A stretch of 32,000 nt of DNA from Candidatus Saccharimonadota bacterium (GTDB lineage Bacteria; Bacteroidota; Bacteroidia; Flavobacteriales; Blattabacteriaceae). The position numbers and the translations under genes are program-made. The notes beneath the pieces are model-generated. The model searched no databases, was not told the origin of the DNA, and saw only the letters and a list, made by a program, of their open reading frames with translations. This document shows positions 9,857 to 19,463 of the stretch, one piece after another; position 1 is the first letter of the stretch; the number at the start of each line of letters is the position of its first letter. Location: positions 448,038 through 480,037 of the forward strand of contig NZ_CP059216.1 in NCBI RefSeq assembly GCF_014252315.1, read 5' to 3'.

Positions 9857-11428
9857 ATGAAAATAGATGTTGGATTTTCTGTATTAATGGGGTTTATATC
9901 AGGAGTCCTTATGTGTTATTTTTTTGGAAAAAAAACCATACTAAAAAAACATTTTAAAATTTTAAAAAAAGCCCGTGATAAGGCAAAAAATATTATAAGT
10001 ATTGCAGAAATAGATGGTGAATCCATAAAAAATAAGAAAATTATCTATGCAAAAAAAAAAGTTTTAGAATTGAAATTAAAATATGATAGAAATATTCTTT
10101 CCAGAGAAAGAGAAATAACTAATATAGAAAATCAAACAAAAAAAAAAAATAAAAGACTTTATAGAGAAATAGATATATATTTTAAAAAAAATAATAGATT
10201 AGAAACACAAATATATGAATATGAAAAAAAATATAAAATTTTTAACAAAAAACAAAAAGAATTTGAAAATTTATATAAAAAACAAATAAAAATACTTGAA
10301 AAAATATCAAATTATTCTTCAGAAGAAGCAAAAAATGAATTAATAAATTCATTAAAAGAAGATGCTAAAATAAAAGCACAATCTTATATAAAAAATATTA
10401 TAGAAGAATCACAATTAAATGCAAAAACTGAAGCAAAAAAAATTATAATTAATACAATACAAAGATTAAGTACAGAACAATCTGTTGAAAATTCTATATC
10501 TATATTTAATATAGAATCAGATGACATAAAAGGACGTATTATTGGAAAAGAAGGTAGAAATATAAGAACTTTGGAAAAAGCAACTGGAGTAGAAATTATT
10601 GTAGACGATACTCCAAAATCTGTACTTTTATCATGTTTTAATCCAATAAGAAGAGAAATAGCAAGATTATCTCTTCATAAATTAGTAATAGATGGACGTA
10701 TTAATCCAGCAAAAATAGAAGAAATTGTTGCAAAAACAGAAAAACAAATTGAAGAAGAAATAATAGAAATAGGAAAAAAAAGTATAATAGACTTAGATAT
10801 ACATGGAATTCATCCTGAATTAATAAAAATAATAGGAAAAATGAGATATAGATCTTCTTATGGTCAAAATTTATTACAACATTCTAGAGAAGTTGCTAAT
10901 ATATCATCTATATTAGCATCAGAATTAGGTTTAAATGCAAAACTTGCAAAACGTGCAGGATTATTACATGATATAGGAAAAATTCCTGAAAATGAATCTG
11001 AACTATCTCATGCTATTTTAGGTATGCAATGGGCAGAAAAATATGGAGAAAACATAGATGTATGTAACGCTATAGGATCACATCATAATGAAATAGAAAT
11101 GAAAGTTTTAATATCTCCTATTGTTCAAATATCAGATTCTATAAGTGGATCAAGACCAGGTGCAAGAAAAAATTCTTTTGAATCTTATTCAAAAAGATTA
11201 AAAAATTTAGAAAATATAGCTCTTAGTTTTAATGGAGTAAATAAAGCATTTGCTATCCAAGCAGGAAGAGAACTCAGAGTTCTTGTAGAAAGTAAAAAAA
11301 TAAATGATGAAAAAATTTTTCAACTATCCTATGATATAACAGAAAAAATAAAAAATGAAATGACCTATCCTGGACAAATAAAAGTAACAGTAATTAGAGA
11401 AACAAGAGCAGTACAAATAGCTAGATAA
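9857..11428 (+). CDS. rny: Ribonuclease Y
   Basis: The protein has an N-terminal membrane helix, a long coiled-coil K/E region, a KH domain ([15 protein letters not shown]) and an HD domain (HSREVA...LLHDIGK). Confidence 0.95.
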   Translation: MKIDVGFSVLMGFISGVLMCYFFGKKTILKKHFKILKKARDKAKNIISIAEIDGESIKNKKIIYAKKKVLELKLKYDRNILSREREITNIENQTKKKNKRLYREIDIYFKKNNRLETQIYEYEKKYKIFNKKQKEFENLYKKQIKILEKISNYSSEEAKNELINSLKEDAKIKAQSYIKNIIEESQLNAKTEAKKIIINTIQRLSTEQSVENSISIFNIESDDIKGRIIGKEGRNIRTLEKATGVEIIVDDTPKSVLLSCFNPIRREIARLSLHKLVIDGRINPAKIEEIVAKTEKQIEEEIIEIGKKSIIDLDIHGIHPELIKIIGKMRYRSSYGQNLLQHSREVANISSILASELGLNAKLAKRAGLLHDIGKIPENESELSHAILGMQWAEKYGENIDVCNAIGSHHNEIEMKVLISPIVQISDSISGSRPGARKNSFESYSKRLKNLENIALSFNGVNKAFAIQAGRELRVLVESKKINDEKIFQLSYDITEKIKNEMTYPGQIKVTVIRETRAVQIAR

Positions 11429-11436
11429 AAAATATT

Positions 11437-12408
11437 ATGAAAAATACTTCTATAACTTCATTCATAAAAAAATATTTTTGTCATTTTAATGCATTAAATT
11501 TATATGAATCAGCAAAAGCTTATAAAAATCATATTAAAAATAATGGAAAAATGATGATTACATTAGCAGGAGCAATGAGTACTGCAGAATTGGGTAAAAT
11601 TTTATCGGAAATGATTAGAAAAAATAAAGTACACATTATATCCTGTACAGGAGCTAATCTGGAAGAAGACATATTAAATTTAATATCAAATTCTTATTAT
11701 AAAAAAATTCCTAATTATAAAGATTTAACTCCTGATGATGAAAAAATTCTTTTAAAAAATGGTTATAGCAGAATAACTGATACCTGTATACCAGAAGAAA
11801 AAGCTTTTAAAAAATTACAAAATCATATATTTACAGTATGGAATAAAGCTAAAAATAGCTCAAAAAGATATTTTCCACATGAATATATATATCAAATACT
11901 ATTAGATAAAATATTAGAGCCGTATTATAATATAGATCCAAATGATAGTTGGGTATTAGCAGCAGCAAAAAAAAATTTACCAATTATAGTTCCAGGATGG
12001 GAAGATAGTACAATAGGAAATATATTTTCTTCATACTGCATGAAAAATAAATTTCATACTAATATTATAAAAAATGGAATTGAATATATGATATATTTAG
12101 CAGAATGGTATAAAAAAGAATGTATTAAACATAAAATAGGATTTTTTCAAATTGGTGGAGGAATATCTGGAGATTTTCCTATATGTGTTGTCCCTATGTT
12201 GTCACAAGATATAGGAATTTCAGTTCCTTTTTGGGGATATTTTTGTCAAATATCTGATTCTACTACTAGTTATGGATCTTATTCTGGAGCAGTTCCTAAT
12301 GAAAAAATAACTTGGGGAAAATTAGATAAAAATACTCCAAAATTCATGATAGAATCAGATGCTACTATAGTAGCACCATTAATTTTTGCATATGTGTTAA
12401 ATATGTAA
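11437..12408 (+). CDS. Deoxyhypusine synthase family protein (bacterial DHS-like)
   Basis: The 323-aa protein contains TLAGAMSTAELG, SCTGANLEEDI, PGWEDSTIGN and QIGGGISGDFP, as in the DHS-like proteins conserved in Bacteroidota. The assignment rests on remembered family features. Confidence 0.8.
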   Translation: MKNTSITSFIKKYFCHFNALNLYESAKAYKNHIKNNGKMMITLAGAMSTAELGKILSEMIRKNKVHIISCTGANLEEDILNLISNSYYKKIPNYKDLTPDDEKILLKNGYSRITDTCIPEEKAFKKLQNHIFTVWNKAKNSSKRYFPHEYIYQILLDKILEPYYNIDPNDSWVLAAAKKNLPIIVPGWEDSTIGNIFSSYCMKNKFHTNIIKNGIEYMIYLAEWYKKECIKHKIGFFQIGGGISGDFPICVVPMLSQDIGISVPFWGYFCQISDSTTSYGSYSGAVPNEKITWGKLDKNTPKFMIESDATIVAPLIFAYVLNM

Positions 12409-12444
12409 TTTTATTTATTTTTACAATATATAAATTCAATTAAT

Positions 12445-13905
12445 ATGAATAATAATTTTAAATCATATGATCTTGTTATTATAGGATCAGGACCAGGAGG
12501 ATATATTTCTGCTATAAGAGCTAATCATTTTGGATTACGTACAGCTATAATTGAAAAAAATAAAAATTTTTTAGGTGGAACCTGTTTAAATACAGGATGC
12601 ATACCATCAAAATGTCTTTTAGATTCTTCTAAGAATTTTTTTATAGCTAAAAAAAATTTTTCTTCACATGGAATTTTTTTTGAAAAACTAAAATTTGATT
12701 TAAATAAAATTATTAATAGAAAAAATAAAACTATTGAAAATATAAATAATGGTATTAAATATTTAATGAGAAAAAATAATATTGATATATATAATGGAAT
12801 TGGATATTTTAATACAAAAAATATTTTATCAATTAAAGATCATGAATCAATGATTGAAAAACATAAAATACAATTTAAAAATTGTATAATATCTACAGGA
12901 TCTTTTCCATTAAATTTATCAAAAAATATTATTAAAAAAAATTATTATAATGATAATGAATTAAATAATAAAATTATAACCTCTACAAAAGCATTAAATA
13001 TGAATAAAATTCCAAAAAAACTTATAACAATTGGTGGAGGATTTATTGGATTAGAATTAAGTTCTGTTTTTAGCAGATTAGGAAGTGAAGTTATTATTAT
13101 TGATAGTATGGATAGAATAATACCAAACATGGATCATTCAATAAGTAATGAGATGAAAAAAATTTTAGAAAAATCATCTATAAAAATTAAAAATTCTTTA
13201 TTTGTACAAGAAATAGAAATTTTAGAAAAATCTGAAGAAATATTAGTATCTACTATAGATAATTCTGGAAATAAATTTTCATTTAATGGAAATTGTTGTC
13301 TTATATCAATAGGAAGAATTCCTTATACATCTAATTTGGGATTAGAAAATATAGGAATAAAAAAAGATAATAAAGGATTTATAATTGTTGATAAAAATTT
13401 ACAAACTACAATTAATAATATATATGCTATTGGAGATGTTATAGGAGGAAAAATGTTAGCACATAAAGCAGAAGAAGAAGGGTTATATGTTGTTGAACAT
13501 ATAATTGGAAACAAACCAAATATATTAAATTATAATCTAATTCCTTCTATTATATATACTTATCCAGAAGTATCTAGTGTTGGATATACAGAATATGAAT
13601 TAAAAGAAAATAAAATAGAATATAATATTGGAAATTTTCCTATGAAAGCATTAGGAAGAGCTCGTTCTAGTGGATGTATTGATGGATTTATAAAAATGAT
13701 TTCTGATAAAAAAACAGATGAAATATTAGGAGTTCATATAATAAGCGAATTTGCTTCAGATATTATTATGGAAGCTGTTGTTGCTATGGAATTTAATGCT
13801 TCTTCTGAAGATATATATAGAATATGTCATCCTCATCCTACTTTTAGTGAATCTTATAAAGAAGTATCACTTATGAATTTTGAGAATAAATCAATTCACA
13901 TATAA
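12445..13905 (+). CDS. lpdA: Dihydrolipoyl dehydrogenase (E3)
   Basis: The protein has the FAD motif IIGSGPGGY, the redox disulfide GGTCLNTGCIPSK, the NAD motif GGGFIGLE and C-terminal HPHPTFSE. Confidence 0.95.
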   Translation: MNNNFKSYDLVIIGSGPGGYISAIRANHFGLRTAIIEKNKNFLGGTCLNTGCIPSKCLLDSSKNFFIAKKNFSSHGIFFEKLKFDLNKIINRKNKTIENINNGIKYLMRKNNIDIYNGIGYFNTKNILSIKDHESMIEKHKIQFKNCIISTGSFPLNLSKNIIKKNYYNDNELNNKIITSTKALNMNKIPKKLITIGGGFIGLELSSVFSRLGSEVIIIDSMDRIIPNMDHSISNEMKKILEKSSIKIKNSLFVQEIEILEKSEEILVSTIDNSGNKFSFNGNCCLISIGRIPYTSNLGLENIGIKKDNKGFIIVDKNLQTTINNIYAIGDVIGGKMLAHKAEEEGLYVVEHIIGNKPNILNYNLIPSIIYTYPEVSSVGYTEYELKENKIEYNIGNFPMKALGRARSSGCIDGFIKMISDKKTDEILGVHIISEFASDIIMEAVVAMEFNASSEDIYRICHPHPTFSESYKEVSLMNFENKSIHI

Positions 13906-13911
13906 TAATAA

Positions 13912-14593
13912 TTACCAATTAATAATAGATTTATTTTTATTTTGTAAATAATCATTGGTTTTTTTGAAATGTCTACCCCCAAAAAATCCTAAATTCACAG
14001 AAAATGGATATGTATGTGATGATTTTAATATAAAATGATTATTTTTATTATTAATTAAATGTTCTTTTTTACAAGCTTGTTTCCCCCATAAAATAAATAC
14101 TATTTTTTCTTGTAGATATTATATATATAATTTTATCGGTAAATATTTTCCATCCTTTATTTTTATGAGATCTTGGGGTTCTTTTTCTAACTATTAATAT
14201 AGAGTTAAGTAGAAAAATTACTTGTTTTGCCCATCTAATCAAAGATCCATTATTATAAATTTTTTTATTATTAAAACAATTATTTACTTCTATAAATATC
14301 TTTTTTAAAGATGGAGATAATGGAAATCCATTTTTAATAGAGAAACATAATCTATCTCCTTGATTATAATTATAATATGGATCTTGTCCTATTATAACTA
14401 CTTTTATATTTTTATAAATAACAATAATAACAATATTTAATTAAGTTAAATATATTTTTCATTTCAGGAAAATAAACATAATTATTATATTCTATTTTAA
14501 TAAAATTTATTAAATATTTAAAATATATTTTATTGTATTCATTTTTAATAAAAAATTTCCAATCATAATCATCAATTAAAAATATAAGAACAT
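13912..14593 (-). pseudogene. ung: Uracil-DNA glycosylase (family 1) disrupted by frameshifts
   Basis: Manual minus-strand translation recovers a full-length UDG spread over frames. The pieces are ATG(14593-14591) MFLYF*, then ..LIDDYDWKFFIKNEYNKIYFKYLINFIKIEYNNYVYFPEMKNIFNLIKYCYYCYL* (stop at 14414-14412). Next is ..KNIKVVIIGQDPYYNYNQGDRLCFSIKNGFPLSPSLKKIF..GSLIRWAKQVIFLLNSILIVRKRTPRSHKNKGWKIFTDKIIYIISTRKNSIYFMGETSL*. The last piece is ..IVFILWGKQACKKEHLINNKNNHFILKSSHTYPFSVNLGFFGGRHFKKTNDYLQNKNKSIINW* (stop at 13914-12). The GQDPY, LLN and H-x-x-P-x-S motifs are present. None of the pieces appears in the ORF track. Confidence 0.8.
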
Positions 14594-14602
14594 TTATATT
14601 AA

Positions 14603-14938
14603 TTATTCTGAATGCAGAAAAAATTTCTTTTTAAGAAGATCTTCTCTTGTTTCATATTTATGTGGATCTGCAATACAACAATTTACTGGACATATTTCTA
14701 TACATTGTGGCTTATCATAAAATCCTACACATTCTGTACATTTTTCTGATATAATAAAATATATATTATTTTTTTTTGATTCATTAAATAATGTTGGATC
14801 AAAACTATTATTCTTTTTTTTTAAAGAAGTTCCATCTGACATTCTCCATTTTTTACCTCCTTCATAAATAGCATTATTTGGACATTCAGGTTCACAAGCG
14901 CCACAATTTATACATTTTTCTGTAATTTTTATAGACAT
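14603..14938 (-). CDS. 4Fe-4S dicluster ferredoxin
   Basis: Two cluster motifs are present, [12 protein letters not shown] and [18 protein letters not shown]. The protein is 111 aa with an ATG start. Confidence 0.9.
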   Translation of the reverse strand: MSIKITEKCINCGACEPECPNNAIYEGGKKWRMSDGTSLKKKNNSFDPTLFNESKKNNIYFIISEKCTECVGFYDKPQCIEICPVNCCIADPHKYETREDLLKKKFFLHSE

Positions 14939-15203
14939 ATTATAAATTTATGATTAATATTTTTTACAATTTATAAACATTAATATTAATTATTTAATAT
15001 ATACTAAACACTAAAAAAATTTTAAATATTAATTATAAAATAATATTGAATATATATTTATTTATGTAAAAATATAACTTATTTTAATAATTTTTTAATT
15101 GGTATCTAATATAGATATAGGTATATAAATTTTTATTAAAAAGAAAAATTTATTATTATCATTTTTATATTTTATAAAAATGTTTAATTAACAAAAAATA
15201 TAA

Positions 15204-16253
15204 TTAAAATTTTAATTTTTTATTATTATATATAATTAATTTATCCGTGCTAATAATAATATTTTTTTTTATATCATATTCTCTAATCAAAGGAGCTTTT
15301 AATCCTCTTTTTATAAAAAGAGTATTAGATATAAAAATTCTACATTCATCCCATAAATTTTTTTCTATAAAACAATCAAAAATCTTTTTACCTCCTTCTA
15401 TGATTAAAGATTGTATATTTTTCTTGAATAATATATATAATATTTTTTCAATCATTATATCATTAAACGATATATAAATATATTCTATATTTTTATACTT
15501 TTTATTATAATTTTTTTCTGTGAAAATAATTGTTTTTTGTGTATTATCTAATACGAAATAATTATGAGATATATCTAATTTTCTATCTAATAATATTCTA
15601 ACTGGATTAATTCCAAACCAATATCTTATATTTAATTTAGGATTATCATTTAATACTGTTTTAGTTCCAACTAAAATACTATTTTCTTCTGATCTCCATT
15701 TATGATTTAATTGTCTAGAATAAATATTACTAATTTTAATAGTCTTATCATTTATTGAATTAATGAATCCATTATTACTTTGAGCCCATTTTAATATAAT
15801 AAATGGACGATTTTTTTTATGAAATGTAAAAAAACGTTTATTCAAAATTTTACATTCATAATACATAAAATCTTCTATTACTGTAATTCCATATTCTCTT
15901 AATTTTTTAATTCCTAATCCATTTACAGATGGATCTTTTATTCCAATAACAACAATAGATATTTTCTTTTTTATTATAAGATCTACACAGGGAGGTGTTT
16001 TTCCAAAATGAATACATGGTTCTAATGTAACATACATTATTGATTTTGAAAAAATAATTTCATCTTTAATTTTATTTAAAGCTTTTACTTCTGCATGTTC
16101 TTTTCCACATTTATAATGCCATCCTTCTGATATAATAATTCCATTTTTTTCTATAACACAACCTACCATTGGATTTGGATATGTATATCCTAATCCATTT
16201 TTAGCTATTTGGATAGCTCTATTCATAAATATTTTATTAGGATAAAAAAACAT
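15204..16253 (-). CDS. ribD: Bifunctional riboflavin biosynthesis protein RibD (pyrimidine deaminase / uracil reductase)
   Basis: The deaminase zinc motifs HAEVKAL and TLEPCIHFGKTPPC are followed by a C-terminal reductase domain of about 200 aa. Confidence 0.93.
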   Translation of the reverse strand: MFFYPNKIFMNRAIQIAKNGLGYTYPNPMVGCVIEKNGIIISEGWHYKCGKEHAEVKALNKIKDEIIFSKSIMYVTLEPCIHFGKTPPCVDLIIKKKISIVVIGIKDPSVNGLGIKKLREYGITVIEDFMYYECKILNKRFFTFHKKNRPFIILKWAQSNNGFINSINDKTIKISNIYSRQLNHKWRSEENSILVGTKTVLNDNPKLNIRYWFGINPVRILLDRKLDISHNYFVLDNTQKTIIFTEKNYNKKYKNIEYIYISFNDIMIEKILYILFKKNIQSLIIEGGKKIFDCFIEKNLWDECRIFISNTLFIKRGLKAPLIREYDIKKNIIISTDKLIIYNNKKLKF

Positions 16254-16268
16254 TATAATTTTTTGTAT

Positions 16269-17021
16269 TTATGAATTCCATATTTCCCAAGATTTTTCTG
16301 CTTGAATATATAACATTTCTAATCCATTTTTGATAGAAGCTCCTTTTTTTTCTCCATTTTTTAAAAAAAGAGTTTTTACTGGATTATATACAAGATCATA
16401 AAAAAAATGATTTTTAGATATATATTGATATGGTATTGATGGACAAGTATAAATTTTTGGAAAAGTTCCTAATGGTGTACAATTAATAATTATATTATAT
16501 TCGTCTAATATTTCTTTATTTATTTCTTCATAAGTTAAAAAATATTTATTATTTTTCTTTTTTCTAGAAACATATTTAAATGGTATATCTAATTGGTTTA
16601 ATACAAATGAAACAGTTTTAGATACTCCTCCAGTTCCTAATATTAAAGATTTTAATTTTATATTTTTATTTGAATAATTAATAAATTTTTTAAAAGATTT
16701 TCTAAATCCTATAATATCTGTATTATATCCAATTCTTTTATTATTATTTATTGATACCACATTTACAGATCCAATTTGTTTTGATTGAAAATCTATTTTA
16801 TCTAAAAAAGAAATAATTTCTATTTTATATGGAATAGTAATATTACATCCTAATAAATTAGGATTATTGAAAATTAACTCAATATTTTTTATTCTTGGAA
16901 TATCAAATATTAGATAATCATTATTTTGTAAAGATTCTTTCTTAAATTTTTTTAAGAAAAAATCTCTAGAAAAAGAATAACTAATATTCTTTCCTATTAA
17001 TCCAAATATTTTTTTTTTCAA
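16269..17021 (-). CDS. aroE: Shikimate 5-dehydrogenase
   Basis: The protein contains FGLIGKNISYSFS, NITIPYK and LGTGGVSK. The only usable start is TTG at 17021, because the ORF opens directly after the rpsU stop in the same frame. Confidence 0.9.
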   Translation of the reverse strand: MKKKIFGLIGKNISYSFSRDFFLKKFKKESLQNNDYLIFDIPRIKNIELIFNNPNLLGCNITIPYKIEIISFLDKIDFQSKQIGSVNVVSINNNKRIGYNTDIIGFRKSFKKFINYSNKNIKLKSLILGTGGVSKTVSFVLNQLDIPFKYVSRKKKNNKYFLTYEEINKEILDEYNIIINCTPLGTFPKIYTCPSIPYQYISKNHFFYDLVYNPVKTLFLKNGEKKGASIKNGLEMLYIQAEKSWEIWNS

Positions 17022-17033
17022 TAGTATAATATA

Positions 17034-17228
17034 TTATTCATTTTTTAATCTCATACGTTCTCTGTATTTAGCCTTTAAAATCTCATTTCTTCTACCTTCA
17101 GAAGGTTTAATATATTGTTGTTTTTCTCTTATTTCTTTTAAAATTCTAGTTTTATCAAATTTCTTTTTACTTTTTTTTAAAGCCTTATCAATAGATTCTC
17201 CTTCTCTCACTATAGTGATTAATATCAT
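17034..17228 (-). CDS. rpsU: 30S ribosomal protein S21
   Basis: The 64-aa, very basic protein contains VREGESIDKALKKSKKKFDKTRILKEIREKQQYIKPSE, which is typical of S21. Confidence 0.95.
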   Translation of the reverse strand: MILITIVREGESIDKALKKSKKKFDKTRILKEIREKQQYIKPSEGRRNEILKAKYRERMRLKNE

Positions 17229-17253
17229 AATAAAAAATCTAAATATTTTTTAG

Positions 17254-17328
17254 TGGACATCATCGGATTTGAACCGACGACCTCTACCATGTCAAAGTAG
17301 TGCTCTTACCCTACTGAGCTAAATGTCC
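17254..17328 (-). tRNA. tRNA-Val (anticodon GAC)
   Basis: I folded the 75-nt cloverleaf by hand from the reverse complement. The acceptor stem is GGACATT/GATGTCC (one G-U pair) and the D stem is GCTC/GAGC with a GG-containing loop. The anticodon stem is CTACT/GGTAG with loop TTGACAT (anticodon GAC is the complement of 17291-17293). The T arm is GTCGG-TTCAAAT-CCGAT and the discriminator is A. CCA is not encoded. Confidence 0.9.
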
Positions 17329-17338
17329 ATAATATTAA

Positions 17339-17346
17339 CAAAATTA
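17339..17346 (-). promoter_or_regulatory. Candidate -7 promoter element TAATTTTG upstream of the tRNA-Val/rpsU/aroE/ribD unit
   Basis: The reverse complement of 17339-17346 is taattttg, which matches TAnnTTTG. It lies 11 nt upstream of the tRNA 5' end. This is a motif match only. Confidence 0.3.
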
Positions 17347-17381
17347 AGTATTTTTTTATAATTTATAAATAAATATATGTA

Positions 17382-19463
17382 ATGTCTTGTGATAATAATA
17401 TTTTACAAAAATCAATAAAATATTTAAAAGAATTAAGTTTAAAAAAAATTCGTTTATTTAATGAAAAACTAAATATATATACATATGAAGATTTACTTTT
17501 TTTTTATCCAAAAGGATATATACATGCATTTTATAAAAAAATAGGTGAATTATATTCATTAATAAATAATAATACTTATGTATATATATCAGGAAATATA
17601 ATAGATATAAAGGAAATAAAAAAGAAAAATAATAATGGAAAAATATTAATAGCGTTATTAAAAGATTCTACTGGTATTATCGAAATTATATGGTTTCGAA
17701 AAACCAATATATTTAAAATTTTAAAAAAAAATATTCCTTTAATAGTTTTTGGAAAACCAATTTTTTTTCAAAAAAAAATTCAAATTATTCATCCAAATAT
17801 ATATAAATATCATTATGAAAAAAAAATACGTACAATATATCCATTGTATGATATTCCCAATAATTTAAAAAAACTAGGAATTAATAATAATTTAATTATT
17901 AGATTATTAAATAATATATTTATAGAAATAAAAAATAAAAATATTGAAATAAAAGAATTTATATTTCAGAATTATATAAAAAAAAATAATAAATTTTTAT
18001 CAAAAAAATCTTCTTTAATACAGATTCATTTTCCTGAATCAGTAAATAATTTATTAAAAGCTAAATATTCATTAAAATTCGATAAATTATTTAAAATTAA
18101 ACTATTTCTTTATTCAAAAAAAAAATTAAAATCAAGTAAACCATTATCTAAAATAGGAAAAAAATTTAATTATTTTTATAAAAATCATTTACCATTTAAT
18201 TTAACTGAAGATCAAAAAAATGTATTTAAAGAAATATGGAATGATTTAAAAAAACCAATTCAAATGAATCGTTTATTACAAGGAGAAGTAGGAAGTGGAA
18301 AAACTATAATAGCTATTTTATTAATGCTATTATCATTAGATAATGGAGTTCAATCATGTATTATGGTCCCAACAGAATTTTTAGCTATACAACATTATAA
18401 TTTATTTAAAAAAATGTTATCTAAAATTAATGGAATAAATATTTATCTATTAACAAAATCTACTTCTTTTTGTGATAAAAATAAAATATATAAAATTCTT
18501 TTAACAGGAAAAGAATCTATTACAATAGGAACACATTCTTTAATCCAAGATAAAGTTAAATTTAAAAATTTAGGTCTTGTAATAATAGATGAACAACAAC
18601 GTTTTGGAGTAGAACAAAGAAAAAAAATATATAAAAATGGATTTCCACATATATTATCAATGACATCTACCCCTATCCCTAGAACATTAGCAAAAATAAT
18701 ATATAATGATTTAAATATTTCTATTATAAAAAATAAACCAATTGGTAGAAAAAAAATTAAAACAATTCATTTTTGGAATGAATATAGAGAAAAAGCATTT
18801 GAAATAGTAAAAAATCAAATTTTACTTGGAAAACAAATTTATATAGTCTACCCTATTGTAGATGGGGAAAAAAATAAATATAAAAATTTAATAAATGGTT
18901 ATCAAGAAATAATAAAAACATTTACTTTTTTAAAAAAAAATCAAATAGGTATTTTACATGGAAAAATGAATTCAAAAGAAAAAAAATTACAAATAGATAG
19001 ATTTTTAAAAGAAAAAACAAAAATAATTGTTACTACTACAATTATAGAAGTTGGAATAAATATTCCTAATGCTTCTGTAATACTTATAGAAAATGCAAAT
19101 AATTTTGGACTATCTCAATTACATCAATTAAGAGGTAGAGTTGGAAGAAGTTTTCACCAAAGTTATTGTATTCTTTTATCAGAAAAAAAAATAAATTCAG
19201 ATAGTTTTTATCGTATACAAAAAATGTGTAAAACAGATGATGGATTTAATATTTCTAAAGAAGATCTTAGATTAAGAGGAGAGGGAAATTTAATGGGAAA
19301 AGAACAAAGTGGAAAAAAATATTTATTTATTGATTATTTGAAAAATACTAAATTTATAAAAGAGGTTATATCTACTTTTAATATATTCTTGAAAATAAAT
19401 CCAAATTTTTTTAAAAAAAAATATCTTCCACAAGATAAAAATAATGAAAATTTGTTTCAATAA
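17382..19463 (+). CDS. recG: ATP-dependent DNA helicase RecG
   Basis: The protein has an N-terminal wedge/OB region, Walker A GEVGSGKT, the DEQQRFG (DEQH) box, TSTPIPRTL and QLHQLRGRVGR. Confidence 0.95.
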   Translation: MSCDNNILQKSIKYLKELSLKKIRLFNEKLNIYTYEDLLFFYPKGYIHAFYKKIGELYSLINNNTYVYISGNIIDIKEIKKKNNNGKILIALLKDSTGIIEIIWFRKTNIFKILKKNIPLIVFGKPIFFQKKIQIIHPNIYKYHYEKKIRTIYPLYDIPNNLKKLGINNNLIIRLLNNIFIEIKNKNIEIKEFIFQNYIKKNNKFLSKKSSLIQIHFPESVNNLLKAKYSLKFDKLFKIKLFLYSKKKLKSSKPLSKIGKKFNYFYKNHLPFNLTEDQKNVFKEIWNDLKKPIQMNRLLQGEVGSGKTIIAILLMLLSLDNGVQSCIMVPTEFLAIQHYNLFKKMLSKINGINIYLLTKSTSFCDKNKIYKILLTGKESITIGTHSLIQDKVKFKNLGLVIIDEQQRFGVEQRKKIYKNGFPHILSMTSTPIPRTLAKIIYNDLNISIIKNKPIGRKKIKTIHFWNEYREKAFEIVKNQILLGKQIYIVYPIVDGEKNKYKNLINGYQEIIKTFTFLKKNQIGILHGKMNSKEKKLQIDRFLKEKTKIIVTTTIIEVGINIPNASVILIENANNFGLSQLHQLRGRVGRSFHQSYCILLSEKKINSDSFYRIQKMCKTDDGFNISKEDLRLRGEGNLMGKEQSGKKYLFIDYLKNTKFIKEVISTFNIFLKINPNFFKKKYLPQDKNNENLFQ

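Noticed and set aside
12945-13514. Two minus-strand ORFs (12945..13130, 61 aa; 13323..13514, 63 aa)
   Set aside because: Both are antisense inside the well-supported lpdA gene. They are hydrophobic shadow ORFs.
14939-15203. Unusually long (265 bp) spacer between the ferredoxin gene and ribD; checked for an eroded gene, a small ribosomal-protein ORF or a structured RNA
   Set aside because: All six frames are saturated with stops, and the longest ATG ORFs are about 8 codons. There is almost no G/C to build helices, and I could not recover any family motif, unlike the ung gap. It is most likely a promoter or spacer, or a completely eroded remnant.
15247-15477. 76-aa + strand ORF
   Set aside because: It is antisense inside the ribD reductase domain and is a shadow ORF.
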